Positions 51,483 through 61,294 of a stretch of 64,000 bases of DNA are shown here, in pieces. The notes beneath the pieces are model-generated. The model saw nothing but the letters and a program-made list of their open reading frames with translations. It ran no database searches and was not told the origin of the DNA. How positions within the stretch are numbered: position 1 is the first letter of the stretch; each line of letters opens with the position of its first letter. The stretch is from an uncultured delta proteobacterium. GTDB lineage: Bacteria; Desulfobacterota; Binatia; UBA9968. The stretch lies in contig CAVYTU010000015.1 in the NCBI GenBank assembly GCA_963771465.1, forward strand, positions 160,001-224,000. The letters are read 5' to 3'. Both the position numbers and the translations under genes were made by a program.

Positions 51483-52895
51483 TTACCCAGGCAAGGCGAC
51501 TGCGATACCATCGCGGATTTCGATTCTCGTGCCAAAGTTTTTTGACCGTTCGCGCGACCGCTCGATGACCTGATTGAATTTTTCACTCCCGGCATCGGCG
51601 AGCCGGGGCACGCTAAGACGAGGACGCCGGCCTTCAATGATGTATTCCTCGGTCGGATAAATTCGCACCTCTTTTAACGCAGCGTTTGCGCCGAAGACAG
51701 CCACATGAACGGCACTACCGATACCAGAAAAAGCGTGCGTCTGGCCACCGGCGGCGGTTGCTCGTTCGCGGTTGCGATTTCGTTCTTCCAACAACTGACC
51801 GACGGTGCCGTCGATGCCAATGCCCAAGCGCAGCTTCATCGCCAAGGGCAGTTTGGTCACCTCGTTATTCTGCAAGTACAGCGGCGGTTGGCCGTAGAGA
51901 ATCGCTTTGCCTTTGTAGAATTCAATGCCGCGCTGCAAACCGCCGTGATTGATGTAGACGTCGGCGCCTGCGTCGACACAGCCGTGCGCGAAGGTGTCGA
52001 TATAGTCGTGCACGCCGACGCCGTGCGCTTGATCATGTAGCGCGACGATCACCACGTCCGCGTGCCGGCGCGCCTCGGCGATGTGTTTGTAAGTTCGCTC
52101 CAAATCCTCCTGATAGGGAACCGTGGACATACGGAATTTGTCGCTCAGGATGAATTTTCGGCCCATGAAAAAAAATTCACTGTCGGTGTCTTTCTCCCAG
52201 CCTTTGAGCGTCGAGCCGATCAACGTCTCGGTGCGCGCCGCGCCTTGGAAGCGGACAACTTTGCCGCGCTCCCAATTGAGCTCTTGGCTAATACGCTTGA
52301 GCTGATCGAAGGCGGCGCGGTCTACATGCGCTACCGAATCGTAACGCAGCAAATTGACTCCGGGGCGGCTCTTATAAGGCGGCAACTCGTCCGAACCCAT
52401 ATAGCCCGCCGGCCACGGAAACGGTAAATCCATCATTTGCCGTGGCCCCCAGTCGGCCAAGGCGATCAGCGCGACCCGGGCATTTTCGGTTTCCAAGTAA
52501 GTCGGCTGGGCCGCTTCGGTGAGGCTGGCGCCAATCCCAGCGTAAGGCATGCCGCCCCGTTTTAAATAGTCGATGGTGGTGAGAATCCCCAGCTCGCCGA
52601 AGTCGGCGACGTGGTTATTCGCGGCATAGACCGCTGAAATGCCCATGAACTTGAGTTCATCGATCATGCTCGGCGGCGCGCCCATGACCGTCCCAGCCCA
52701 GCCCATGCCCGAGCCAAACGCGGGCCAGTCCTCGCCGTCCTGAATGGCGCACTCCATGTTTGCGAAACTCAAATCGGAATTTTGCAAAAGCTCGATGAGC
52801 TTATGAAAGCCAGATTTGTTTTGATGCACCGACACCCGATGTTCGATGTAACAATTTCCCGTAAACGCCAGCTGTGTTTCATCCTTCGCCGCCAT
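51483..52895 (-). CDS. CapA/PgsA-family metallophosphoesterase-fold protein
   Basis: FANMECAI, AANNHVADFG, YAGIG, ALH, DAGADVYINHG, GIEFYKGKAILY. Confidence 0.85.
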   Translation of the reverse strand: MAAKDETQLAFTGNCYIEHRVSVHQNKSGFHKLIELLQNSDLSFANMECAIQDGEDWPAFGSGMGWAGTVMGAPPSMIDELKFMGISAVYAANNHVADFGELGILTTIDYLKRGGMPYAGIGASLTEAAQPTYLETENARVALIALADWGPRQMMDLPFPWPAGYMGSDELPPYKSRPGVNLLRYDSVAHVDRAAFDQLKRISQELNWERGKVVRFQGAARTETLIGSTLKGWEKDTDSEFFFMGRKFILSDKFRMSTVPYQEDLERTYKHIAEARRHADVVIVALHDQAHGVGVHDYIDTFAHGCVDAGADVYINHGGLQRGIEFYKGKAILYGQPPLYLQNNEVTKLPLAMKLRLGIGIDGTVGQLLEERNRNRERATAAGGQTHAFSGIGSAVHVAVFGANAALKEVRIYPTEEYIIEGRRPRLSVPRLADAGSEKFNQVIERSRERSKNFGTRIEIRDGIAVALPG

Positions 52896-53047
52896 GGCCG
52901 CTTCTCCTGTTATTTTGTTTTGCAAAGATGACGCTATCAATGTTCATTCCACAGTTCGAACACAACTACAAGAATGGTTTTCGCGCCACGGCGTTGGAAC
53001 TTCAATGAATTGTTTGTTATGACCCAAGAAAAGAAAGTGGGTGCGAC

Positions 53048-54196
53048 GTGTCAGTGAAATACGATTTGCTGCTCAAGGGCGGCGAAGTCATCGATCCCAG
53101 TAACAAGCTCCGCGGTCAGCGCGATGTTGCGTTTAGCAACGCTAAGGTCGCGGCGATGGTGGAAAATATTAACCCAGACGAAGCACGGCAAACCATCGAC
53201 GTCTCCGGCAAGCTGGTAACCCCGGGGTTGATCGATATTCACGGCCACTTTTTCCATGGCTATCAGCCGCGCTTCGGCCACCCTGATAATTTTTGTCTAC
53301 CGACCGGGGTCACCACCGCCGTCGATGCCGGCAGCGCCGGCTGGAAAGTATTTGCCGATTTCCGCGACCAGGTGATCAGAAAATGCGCCACCCGTCTGTT
53401 CGCCTTCGTTCATCTCTCCGCCAACGGTTTGAATAAGGAACATACGCAGCAGGGCGAGTTAATGGACATGAAATTGATTCATGTCAAAGAGACTGCGCAA
53501 TGTATTCGAGACAATCCCGAGAACGTTGTCGGCTTGAAAGTGCGCATTGATGACAGCGCGCTGCGCGCCGAGAGCGCTTTCCCGGCGCTTCAGTACGCTC
53601 GCGAGGCCGCGGCGCAAGCGGACTGCCGAATTATGGTGCACGTCAGCCGCTCGCCGATACCGCTGGGGAAAATCCTCGACGCGCTTCGCCCCGGCGACAT
53701 CGTGACGCATCCATTTCACGGCTCCGCGAACGGGCCGCTCGATGACAAAGGTAAACTCCGCCGGGAGGTCATCGAAGCGCAAGAGCGGGGAATCATTTTG
53801 GACAGCGGCTGCGCCAAGGTTCATATGGACTTAAACGTTTGCCGCATCTTTTTGGACCAAGCTGTTTTTCCCGACACGATCAGCACCGACGGCGTGCGCT
53901 TGGATCGCTCCTATAGCTTGCCGCAAGTGATGTCGATGTTTCTCGGCTTGGGCATGTCGCTGGAACAAATCGTCGCTGCAACGACACACCGGGCCGCCGC
54001 CGCGATCGGCAAAGAGCGAGATTTGGGCAGCCTGCGCATCGGCGCCGCCGGCGATGCTACAGTGCTAAATTTAGAAGAGGGTGAATTCACCTTCGACGAC
54101 CGCGCCGGCAACGTTCTTAAGACCAACCGCCAGCTCACGCCGGCGTTGACAGTCAGAAATGGCGTTTGCTGGGACGGAGCCGTTGCATCGGCCTAG
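53048..54196 (+). CDS. Amidohydrolase/deacetylase-family metallohydrolase (dihydroorotase-like)
   Basis: PGLIDIHGH, GVTTAVDAGSAG, GLKVR, MVH, GDIVTH, TISTD. Confidence 0.9.
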   Translation: MSVKYDLLLKGGEVIDPSNKLRGQRDVAFSNAKVAAMVENINPDEARQTIDVSGKLVTPGLIDIHGHFFHGYQPRFGHPDNFCLPTGVTTAVDAGSAGWKVFADFRDQVIRKCATRLFAFVHLSANGLNKEHTQQGELMDMKLIHVKETAQCIRDNPENVVGLKVRIDDSALRAESAFPALQYAREAAAQADCRIMVHVSRSPIPLGKILDALRPGDIVTHPFHGSANGPLDDKGKLRREVIEAQERGIILDSGCAKVHMDLNVCRIFLDQAVFPDTISTDGVRLDRSYSLPQVMSMFLGLGMSLEQIVAATTHRAAAAIGKERDLGSLRIGAAGDATVLNLEEGEFTFDDRAGNVLKTNRQLTPALTVRNGVCWDGAVASA

Positions 54197-54221
54197 CCCA
54201 GGAGGAAAACGAAGGACAGAG

Positions 54222-54404
54222 TGTCGTTCGAGGTGGAACCCTGGAGGAGCGAAGGCATCAGAGCCAAAGGTTTCATCGTCATGCTCGGTACTTGGCAGGT
54301 TGTTTGACCTGCTCACAGGTAAATTCAGAGTAGCTCGCCCCGCTTGTGCCATTAAGGCAGAACCGCTTTGCCTTTGCTCCGGAGGGGTTTCGCCTCGATC
54401 GACA
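54222..54404 (+). ncRNA. Unidentified structured RNA-like element (~183 nt)
   Basis: About 32-bp closing stem with several G-U pairs (54222-54257 with 54369-54404), an inner long stem and a small hairpin. Confidence 0.5.
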
Positions 54405-54430
54405 ACGCGCGGGATCAACAAGAGGAGAAA

Positions 54431-55525
54431 ATGAAAAACTGGATTGGGTTTCTAACGGTAACTCTTTCTTTCATCATTCCCACCGATGGATGGGCCGCGG
54501 CCGCCGCGAACGTTACACCCACCGCGACGGAAAAAATTCTCGCCGACATTGGCAAATTGTCGCCCGCCGAGCGCATCAAGAAACTGATCGAAGGCGCGCG
54601 CAAAGAAGCGACGCTGGTTTGGTACGCTCCCGACCGCGAAGACTTGACCGAACTACGGATTGAATTTTTTAAAGAAATTTATCCGGACTCGATTCAAAAG
54701 TTCGTCACGCCGCGGATTCGCTCCGATGTCATGATCGACCGCCTATTGACCGAAGAACGCGCCGGCAAACATCAGGCAGACGTGGTCTGGATCAGACTGC
54801 CGCAGGTACCGGTGATGCTGCGCGAGGGATTGCTGGCGAAATATACCGCCCTTGAAGACGCCCAGATTCCCGCCAGACTCAAAATCGGCACCGAGTGGCG
54901 TTCGCTCGGCAACCGGTTGTTTCACATCATGTACAACACCAAGCTCGTCGCCGAGAAAGATGCGCCAAAAAGTTGGCAAGACCTGCTCGACCCCAAATGG
55001 AAAGGGAAGCTTATTTTGGACGACGCGTCCTACGACTGGTTCGTCGGGCTGCTCGACTTCATGGGCGAAGCGAAGGGCATAGAGTTTATGAAGCAACTCG
55101 CGCGTAACGGTCTCCAGATCCAGCAACGCCGGTCCAACGTCGAAAATATGGTGTCGGCCGGCGAAGTTCCGATCATGGTTACCAACAGCGGCACCTCCAC
55201 GGCCGATCGCGCCGCGCAGGGCGAGCCGGTGGCGTACGTCAAAGACCCCAAGCCGCCGATCGCCTACGGCGAGGGACTTTCGATCATGCGCAACGCCACT
55301 CATCCGCACGCCGCGGCGCTGTTCATCGAAGGATTGTTGTCGGAAAAATGGCAGCGTAAGGCCGCGGAGAAAATTAAAATCCGCGCCGCCCGGCCCGGCA
55401 TCCCCGATCCCTTGATCGATGCCAAGATCCAACCCCATTTCACCGATCCAGCCAAGTGGCCGGCGCAGCGCTATGAATGGGCACAGCGCGAGTACACGCG
55501 CATATTGGTCCGAAAAGAATTTTAG
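54431..55525 (+). CDS. ABC substrate-binding protein (Fe3+/polyamine-type)
   Basis: ATG after AGAGGAG; signal peptide; EGARKEA, YNTKLV, PKSWQDL, HPHAAALF. Confidence 0.88.
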   Translation: MKNWIGFLTVTLSFIIPTDGWAAAAANVTPTATEKILADIGKLSPAERIKKLIEGARKEATLVWYAPDREDLTELRIEFFKEIYPDSIQKFVTPRIRSDVMIDRLLTEERAGKHQADVVWIRLPQVPVMLREGLLAKYTALEDAQIPARLKIGTEWRSLGNRLFHIMYNTKLVAEKDAPKSWQDLLDPKWKGKLILDDASYDWFVGLLDFMGEAKGIEFMKQLARNGLQIQQRRSNVENMVSAGEVPIMVTNSGTSTADRAAQGEPVAYVKDPKPPIAYGEGLSIMRNATHPHAAALFIEGLLSEKWQRKAAEKIKIRAARPGIPDPLIDAKIQPHFTDPAKWPAQRYEWAQREYTRILVRKEF

Positions 55526-55566
55526 CGCGAACGTTGTCTTAAGCGGTAATCAGGAGGATTCACAAG

Positions 55567-56924
55567 ATGGCAACCATCGCGCAGCAGCTCGGCGAATTTG
55601 TCAGCCATGATATCCGTCGATAATCTGCCTGCGGAGGTATTTGCCAAGGCCAAGTCGTGCCTGCTTTACGGACTCAGCGTCGCCATGGCTGCCCACGACT
55701 CGCGCCAGGGACAGATCGCCGAAGCGGCAATGACGGAATCGGAAACTTTGCTGCAAGGCGGCGCCACAACGATTTTGAGCTGGTAAAAAAACCACACCCG
55801 GCGCCGCGGCATTCGCCAATGGCGTATTGTTTCAGAGCCGTGGGCAGAGCGATGCTTACGGCACCATGGCGCATTTCGGTCCGGCGGTGGTGCCCGCGGT
55901 TCTCGCGCTTTCGCGAAGTGAACGATTATTCAGGCCGAGAGATTTTACCCGCATTGGTCGCAGGCTATGAAGTCGCCGGCGCGCTGGCGAAAGATCATAT
56001 CAGGTTAACCGTGGAGCGCGGTTGGCGCGGCAGTCCGACCTATGATGTCACGGAGCCTCGGCGGCCTCAGCCCGGCTGATGGGACTCGATGCTGAACGTA
56101 GCGCCAACGCGATCAGTCTCGGCGCCGGCTTCAGTTTTGGCAACGTCGAATGCAATATCGCTCACACGATGGAGACGCAATTTCAGCTTGGACTGTCGGC
56201 GCGCAACGGCCTGTTGTGCAGCGCTATCGCCAAACAACAGGGAACCGGAGCGCCGACAGCGATCGAAGGCAAAGCCGGATTCCTCAATCTTTTCGCCGGA
56301 ACTATCGAATTCGCGCCCAAGATTACCGCCGCGGCTGGGACGGGAATACGAAATTCTCAACGTGACTTTCAAACGCTATCCGACCAGCATGATCGCACAA
56401 TCGCCGACCTATATCGCCACGAGGTTGGCGCGCAAGGAAAAGATCGCCGCCGATGACATTGAAGAGATCGTCGTCGAGCTCGATCCTTTCGAGGCGGAAT
56501 ATCCCGGTCCCGGCCGGCGCCAAAACGAATCGAGTCCGCCGAGCGCGGCGCCGGCACGGCGCAAGGTGTCGCCGTCGCCTTGGTCCATGGGCAAGCGAGT
56601 CGCAATCTTTTGCGTCAGCGCAACGACGCCAAGGTCAATCAGTTGCTCGAACGCATGACGATCAAGGGCGACCCGGCGGTTTTGCCACAGTGCGCCAAGC
56701 TGAGCGTGAAAACTGCCAAGCGCCAGTACTTTGAAGAGATCAAAGACGGCAGCCGCAATCATCTTTTCAGTTTCAACGACACGATCGATCTGGTCCGCGA
56801 TCTGCAGCCGGAGATGCGGATAAGCGCCGCTGCGCTCGAAAAAATCATCGACATCGCCGATAACCTGGATAAGGTCAAAAGTATTCGACCGTTGATGGCG
56901 CTGGTCACTGGCCAAGCGAGTTAG
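55567..56924 (+). pseudogene. MmgE/PrpD-family gene with multiple frameshifts (pseudogene or sequencing error)
   Basis: AGGAGG RBS and ATG 55567. Homologous segments in successive frames: LPAEV..KAK, AAFANG, LVAGYEV, AIEGKAGF, FKRYP. Confidence 0.8.
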
Positions 56925-56928
56925 ACTA

Positions 56929-58038
56929 ATGCGAAAAAATTTCATGTTGATAGCTGCAATGGGAATTTTCCTGGCGCTGATTTTCACTGCGCCAGCCAGT
57001 GTCGAGAGCGCTGCAGCACCAAAAACGGACTTGTCGAAATCCGAGCAGAGCCTTGCCGAGGTGATGGCGCTGCCCGCCAAGGAGCGTCTGCAAAAGCTCG
57101 TCGAGGGAGCAAAAAAAGAGGCGGCGCTAAACTTTTACGCACCCGACCGCGAGGATCTGACCAATCTGCGCATCGAGCTTTTCAAAGAGATTCACCCAGG
57201 CGTCATTCAAAAATTCCAAAGTCCGCGCGTTTTGCCGGACATCATGATCGACCGGCTACTCACCGAAGAGCGCGCCGGCAAACACCAAGCCGATGTCGTG
57301 TGGCTCCAGTTTCATCAGGTTTCCGCCCTCGAGCGAGATCGCATGTTGGCGCGCTACGTCGCCCTCGAAGACGCTGCGCTGCCCGAGGGTCTCAAGGTCC
57401 CCGGCTACTGGCGCTCTCTCGGCAACCGCCTGTTTCACATCATGTACAACACCAAACTGGTGGCGGCCAAGGATGCGCCCAAAAGCTGGGAAGAGCTCGT
57501 CGATCCGAAATGGCAGGGCAAAATCGTGCTCGATGCGGCATCGTACAACTGGTTTGTCGGCATGCTCGACCACATGGGAGAAGATAAAGGCTTGGAGTTC
57601 ATGAAAAAGTTGGCGCGCAACGGACTGCAAATCCAGCAGCGCCGCTCCAACGTCGAGAACATGGTGTCGGCGGGTGAAGTTCCGGTCATGGTCGCCAACA
57701 GCGGCACATCGACAGCGGATCGCATAGCCCAAGGAGAGCCACTCGCGTTCGTGAAAGATCCCAAGCCGCCGATCGCCTATGGCGAAGGGCTGGCGATCAT
57801 GCGCAACGCGCCGCATCCCTATGCCGCGGCACTGTTCATTGAAACCGTATTGTCAGAGCCATGGCAACGCAAGGCCGCGGAGAAAATCAAAATTCGCGCC
57901 GCGCGGCCCGGTGTTCCAGATCCGTTGATCGACTCCAGCATCAAACCGCACTTCGTCAATCCATCCAAGTGGCCGACCAAGCGCTACGAATGGGCCGAGC
58001 GTGAATACGTTCGCATCCTGGTGCGAAAAGAATTCTGA
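56929..58038 (+). CDS. ABC substrate-binding protein, close paralog of 54431-55525
   Basis: Long identical stretches with the upstream paralog, e.g. MIDRLLTEERAGKHQADVVW and LARNGLQIQQRRSNVENMVSAGEVP. Confidence 0.9.
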   Translation: MRKNFMLIAAMGIFLALIFTAPASVESAAAPKTDLSKSEQSLAEVMALPAKERLQKLVEGAKKEAALNFYAPDREDLTNLRIELFKEIHPGVIQKFQSPRVLPDIMIDRLLTEERAGKHQADVVWLQFHQVSALERDRMLARYVALEDAALPEGLKVPGYWRSLGNRLFHIMYNTKLVAAKDAPKSWEELVDPKWQGKIVLDAASYNWFVGMLDHMGEDKGLEFMKKLARNGLQIQQRRSNVENMVSAGEVPVMVANSGTSTADRIAQGEPLAFVKDPKPPIAYGEGLAIMRNAPHPYAAALFIETVLSEPWQRKAAEKIKIRAARPGVPDPLIDSSIKPHFVNPSKWPTKRYEWAEREYVRILVRKEF

Positions 58039-58066
58039 TACGTGCTGCACCGAAAGCTCTAATCGT

Positions 58067-59851
58067 TTGAGTCAAACTTCGATCCAAAGGCCGTGGACTG
58101 CCAACGCCGCCGCTGCGCAAATCAGCAAGCGCGTCTGGCGCGTTGTCGATCTGCTCGGCAACGGTAAAACCCTCGCGCTGCTGTTTTTCTCGGCTCTGCT
58201 GATTTACCTCGTCATCGTGCCGCTGGCAGTTTTAGTCTTCGGCAGTTTCAAGTCGGTGGCGCCGGGCACGCCGGACTATTTCACGCTTAATTTCACGCTG
58301 GAAAATTATTCGCGCGCTTTTGCCAGCCGCTATTTGCCCAGAGCGACGGTCAATACGCTGATCTTTTCGCTGGGCTCATCGACGATCGCCTTTGTCCTCG
58401 GCGCTTTTCTCGCTTGGGTCACGGAACGCACCAACAGCCCGTTCCGCTCGCTGCTCTATGTGATGGCGATTAGCCGCGTGATTCTGCCCGGCGTCTTGGT
58501 GACGTTTTCCTGGATCGTGCTGATGAGTCCGGAAATTGGCATCCTAAATCGCTTGCTGGTCGCCGCTTTCGGTTTGAAGGCAGCGCCGTTCAATGTCTAC
58601 TCCATGGCGGGATTGATTTGGGTCGAAGGGATCGAGCTCACGCCGCTCGCTTTTTTATTAATGGCGAGCGCTTTTCGATCGATGGACCCGTCGTTGGAGG
58701 AGGCAGCGATGGTCGCGGGCTCCGGACCGTTGCAGATTCTGCGCCGTATCACTCTGCCAATGATGCAACCGGCGCTGCTTTCGGCGCTGGTGTTGCTGTT
58801 CATTCGCGGCATTGAGAGTTTCGAGACGCCCGCGTTGATCGGACTGCGTGCGCGCATTTTTGTCTACACGACTGAGATTTGGTTGAACTCCACCCGTGCG
58901 CCGACGGATTACGGATTGGCCGGCGCTTATGCCATGGTGCTCGTCATTATTTCTGCTCTGCTCATACTGGTTTACCTCCGGCTGACCGCCAACAGTGAAA
59001 AGTACATGACGATCACCGGCAAAGGCTATCGGCCGAGAATGGTCGACTTGGGCAAATGGCGCATCCTCACCGGCGCCGTATCGATGTTTATCCTGTTCCT
59101 GGTTTTTATCGTCCCTATGCTCACCATCACTTGGATGTCGCTCGTGCCAAGCTTTCTGGCGTCATCGATGGAAGGTTTTCAGCGCATCAGCTTCAAAGCG
59201 TATCGCGACGCCTTGCTCTTTCCTCTCACTCGTCAAGGCATGCAGAACAGCATGATTCTCGGCATCTCCAGCGCGTCGGGGGTAACGCTGATCACCGCGG
59301 TCGTCGCCTACATCGTCGTCAAAACCAAGCTGCGCGGCCGGGGCATATTGGACTTCCTGACTTTCGTTCCCTACGTGGTTCCGGGAATAATCTTCGGGCT
59401 TAGTATTCTGTGGTTTTATCTCAACGTGATGCCGTTTCTTTACGGTACGCTGACGATTCTATTCCTGGCTTACATGGGGAAATATCTTCCGGTAGCCATG
59501 CGGATTAACGTCGCTTGCATGGCGCAAGTTCATTCCGACTTGGAAGAAGCCGCGGCGACGTGTCAATCCTCTTGGGCGAGAAGTTTTGTTAAAATTACTC
59601 TGCCGCTTATCCGGCCGGGTCTGGTGGCGGCGTGGATTTGGGTGTTCGTTCATTCCTTTCGCGAGATTCCGACGGCGATGATCTTGGCTTACCCCGGCAC
59701 GGAACCGGTGGGCATCGTCATGTTTAAATACTGGGAGGACAGCACCTATCAACGGCTGGCGGCTTTCGGTGTGATGCTCTTCAGCGTGCTGCTGATCACT
59801 TCGCTCCTCGCCATGCGCATCGGCAAGCGCTTTGGAATTCGCGACGTTTAA
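58067..59851 (+). CDS. FbpB-type ABC permease (two fused TM domains); start uncertain
   Basis: MDPSLEEAA and VHSDLEEAA EAA loops, ESFETP, TITGKGYRPR. Confidence 0.9.
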   Translation: MSQTSIQRPWTANAAAAQISKRVWRVVDLLGNGKTLALLFFSALLIYLVIVPLAVLVFGSFKSVAPGTPDYFTLNFTLENYSRAFASRYLPRATVNTLIFSLGSSTIAFVLGAFLAWVTERTNSPFRSLLYVMAISRVILPGVLVTFSWIVLMSPEIGILNRLLVAAFGLKAAPFNVYSMAGLIWVEGIELTPLAFLLMASAFRSMDPSLEEAAMVAGSGPLQILRRITLPMMQPALLSALVLLFIRGIESFETPALIGLRARIFVYTTEIWLNSTRAPTDYGLAGAYAMVLVIISALLILVYLRLTANSEKYMTITGKGYRPRMVDLGKWRILTGAVSMFILFLVFIVPMLTITWMSLVPSFLASSMEGFQRISFKAYRDALLFPLTRQGMQNSMILGISSASGVTLITAVVAYIVVKTKLRGRGILDFLTFVPYVVPGIIFGLSILWFYLNVMPFLYGTLTILFLAYMGKYLPVAMRINVACMAQVHSDLEEAAATCQSSWARSFVKITLPLIRPGLVAAWIWVFVHSFREIPTAMILAYPGTEPVGIVMFKYWEDSTYQRLAAFGVMLFSVLLITSLLAMRIGKRFGIRDV

Positions 59852-59895
59852 CCCATCCGTATTGGCTTTCACCGGAGAATAGCTTAGAAAAAATC

Positions 59896-60672
59896 ATGGA
59901 CTTGGGCATCGGCGGCAAAGTTGCCATCGTCACCGGTGGCAGCCAAGGAATCGGCAAAGCGATCGCTACGGAGCTGGCCGCCGAAGGCGTGCGCACCGTC
60001 ATCTGTGCGCGCAATTTAGAAAACCTCGAGCAAGCTGCCGCCGAGATCGCTAGCCTGACTAAAGGCGAAGTCCTGCCGCTGCAGGCCGACGTCACCAGTC
60101 TCGACCAAGTAAAAAAACTTGTCGCCGACGCGGTCAGCGCATTCGGCGGCGTCGATATTCTCGTCAACAATGCGGCCGGCTCCGGCTCAGGACCGTTTGC
60201 CGAATTGACCGATGAAGACTGGCTGCATCATTTCAACGTCAAGCTGGTCGGCTACGTCCGCTGCGCGCGTGAAGTGATGCCGCACATGAAACAAAGGCGC
60301 TGGGGCCGTATCGTCAATATCGGCGGCGAGGCTGCCCGCGGCAACGGTGGTTACGCCTCGGGAGCGGCCAATTCGGCAGTGGTTAATTTCACCAAGAAGC
60401 TGTCTGACGAGCTTGCTGCATTCAACATCACAGTCAACGCAATCCATCCCGGCAGCACGCGCACGCAAAGGCGCGCCCACGCGGCCGCTCGAAAGGGCAT
60501 CACCCTCGATGAGTTGGTGCAGGAGCAAATCAAACGCATCCCGATCGGCCGGCTCATCGAGCCTGAAGAAATCGCCTCCACCGTGCTGTATCTCGTTTCC
60601 ACTAAAGCTGCGGCGATCACGGGCCAGGTGCTCGGCGTCGATGGCGGCTCTACGCGGGGAATTTATTACTGA
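59896..60672 (+). CDS. Short-chain dehydrogenase/reductase
   Basis: TGGSQGIG, ILVNNA, VNAIHPG, ITGQVLGVDGG. Catalytic YxxxK is atypical (YASGAAN). Confidence 0.9.
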   Translation: MDLGIGGKVAIVTGGSQGIGKAIATELAAEGVRTVICARNLENLEQAAAEIASLTKGEVLPLQADVTSLDQVKKLVADAVSAFGGVDILVNNAAGSGSGPFAELTDEDWLHHFNVKLVGYVRCAREVMPHMKQRRWGRIVNIGGEAARGNGGYASGAANSAVVNFTKKLSDELAAFNITVNAIHPGSTRTQRRAHAAARKGITLDELVQEQIKRIPIGRLIEPEEIASTVLYLVSTKAAAITGQVLGVDGGSTRGIYY

Positions 60673-60673
60673 C

Positions 60674-61207
60674 CTGAACAATATCTGCGACAGCCGCCAC
60701 ACAGTTCACACCATCGGCCACTCGACGCGACCGATCGAAGAATTCATCGAACTGCTCAAAGCGCATCGAATTGAATTGTTAGTCGACGTGCGGCGCTGGC
60801 CGATGTCGAGACGGTATCCGCACTTCAACCGTGAAGCACTATCTCTGTCACTCGAACAGAATAGGGTCGGCTACCACTGGCGCCAAGATTTAGGCGGCTT
60901 TCGCAAACCGATGGCAGATTCGGTGAACACCGCCTGGCGGGTTGCGACTTTTCGCGCCTATGCCGATTTTATGCTGACTGAGCATTTCGTGGAGATCATG
61001 CAAGAGCTCGAAGCGATGGCGACCCAGCAACGGATCGCTCTCATGTGCGCCGAAGCGGTGCCGTGGCGTTGCCATCGCCAATTATTGGCCGACGCTTTTC
61101 TCGTGCGAGAATGGCCCGTGCTGCACATCATGGACGACGGCTGTCATGAGCATAAATCGCCGGCCTTCGCGCGCCCGCAGGGCATGAAGATTTACTACCA
61201 TGTCTAA
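60674..61207 (+). CDS. DUF488-family protein; start uncertain
   Basis: TIGHSTR, LVDVRRWPMSRRYPHFN, LGGFR, LMCAEAVPWRCHR. Confidence 0.87.
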   Translation: MNNICDSRHTVHTIGHSTRPIEEFIELLKAHRIELLVDVRRWPMSRRYPHFNREALSLSLEQNRVGYHWRQDLGGFRKPMADSVNTAWRVATFRAYADFMLTEHFVEIMQELEAMATQQRIALMCAEAVPWRCHRQLLADAFLVREWPVLHIMDDGCHEHKSPAFARPQGMKIYYHV

Positions 61208-61294
61208 GGCAAAAGGTACCTCACGCTAACCATGTGCGTATAGAGCTTAGCCTATCTTGCGTCAGAGCCGCCCCGGTAGCATAGTTCCAAGACA

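Noticed and set aside
51483-52895. Poly-gamma-glutamate capsule locus
   Set aside because: No capB/capC, no N-terminal membrane anchor, and ggt is about 25 kb away in an unrelated context.
54222-54404. Cobalamin or lysine riboswitch, SRP RNA, or group II intron remnant
   Set aside because: Lacks the B12-box and GGGAA motifs, lysine-switch core motifs, SRP helix-8 motif and intron domain V.
54159-54434. 91-aa ORF across the structured element, and the 54368 upstream start for the SBP
   Set aside because: No recognisable motifs. The SBP has a good RBS and signal peptide from ATG 54431.
46166-56924. Programmed frameshifting or phase variation in the broken permease and MmgE/PrpD genes
   Set aside because: Too many shifts per gene and no consistent slippery or homopolymer site; error or decay is more parsimonious.
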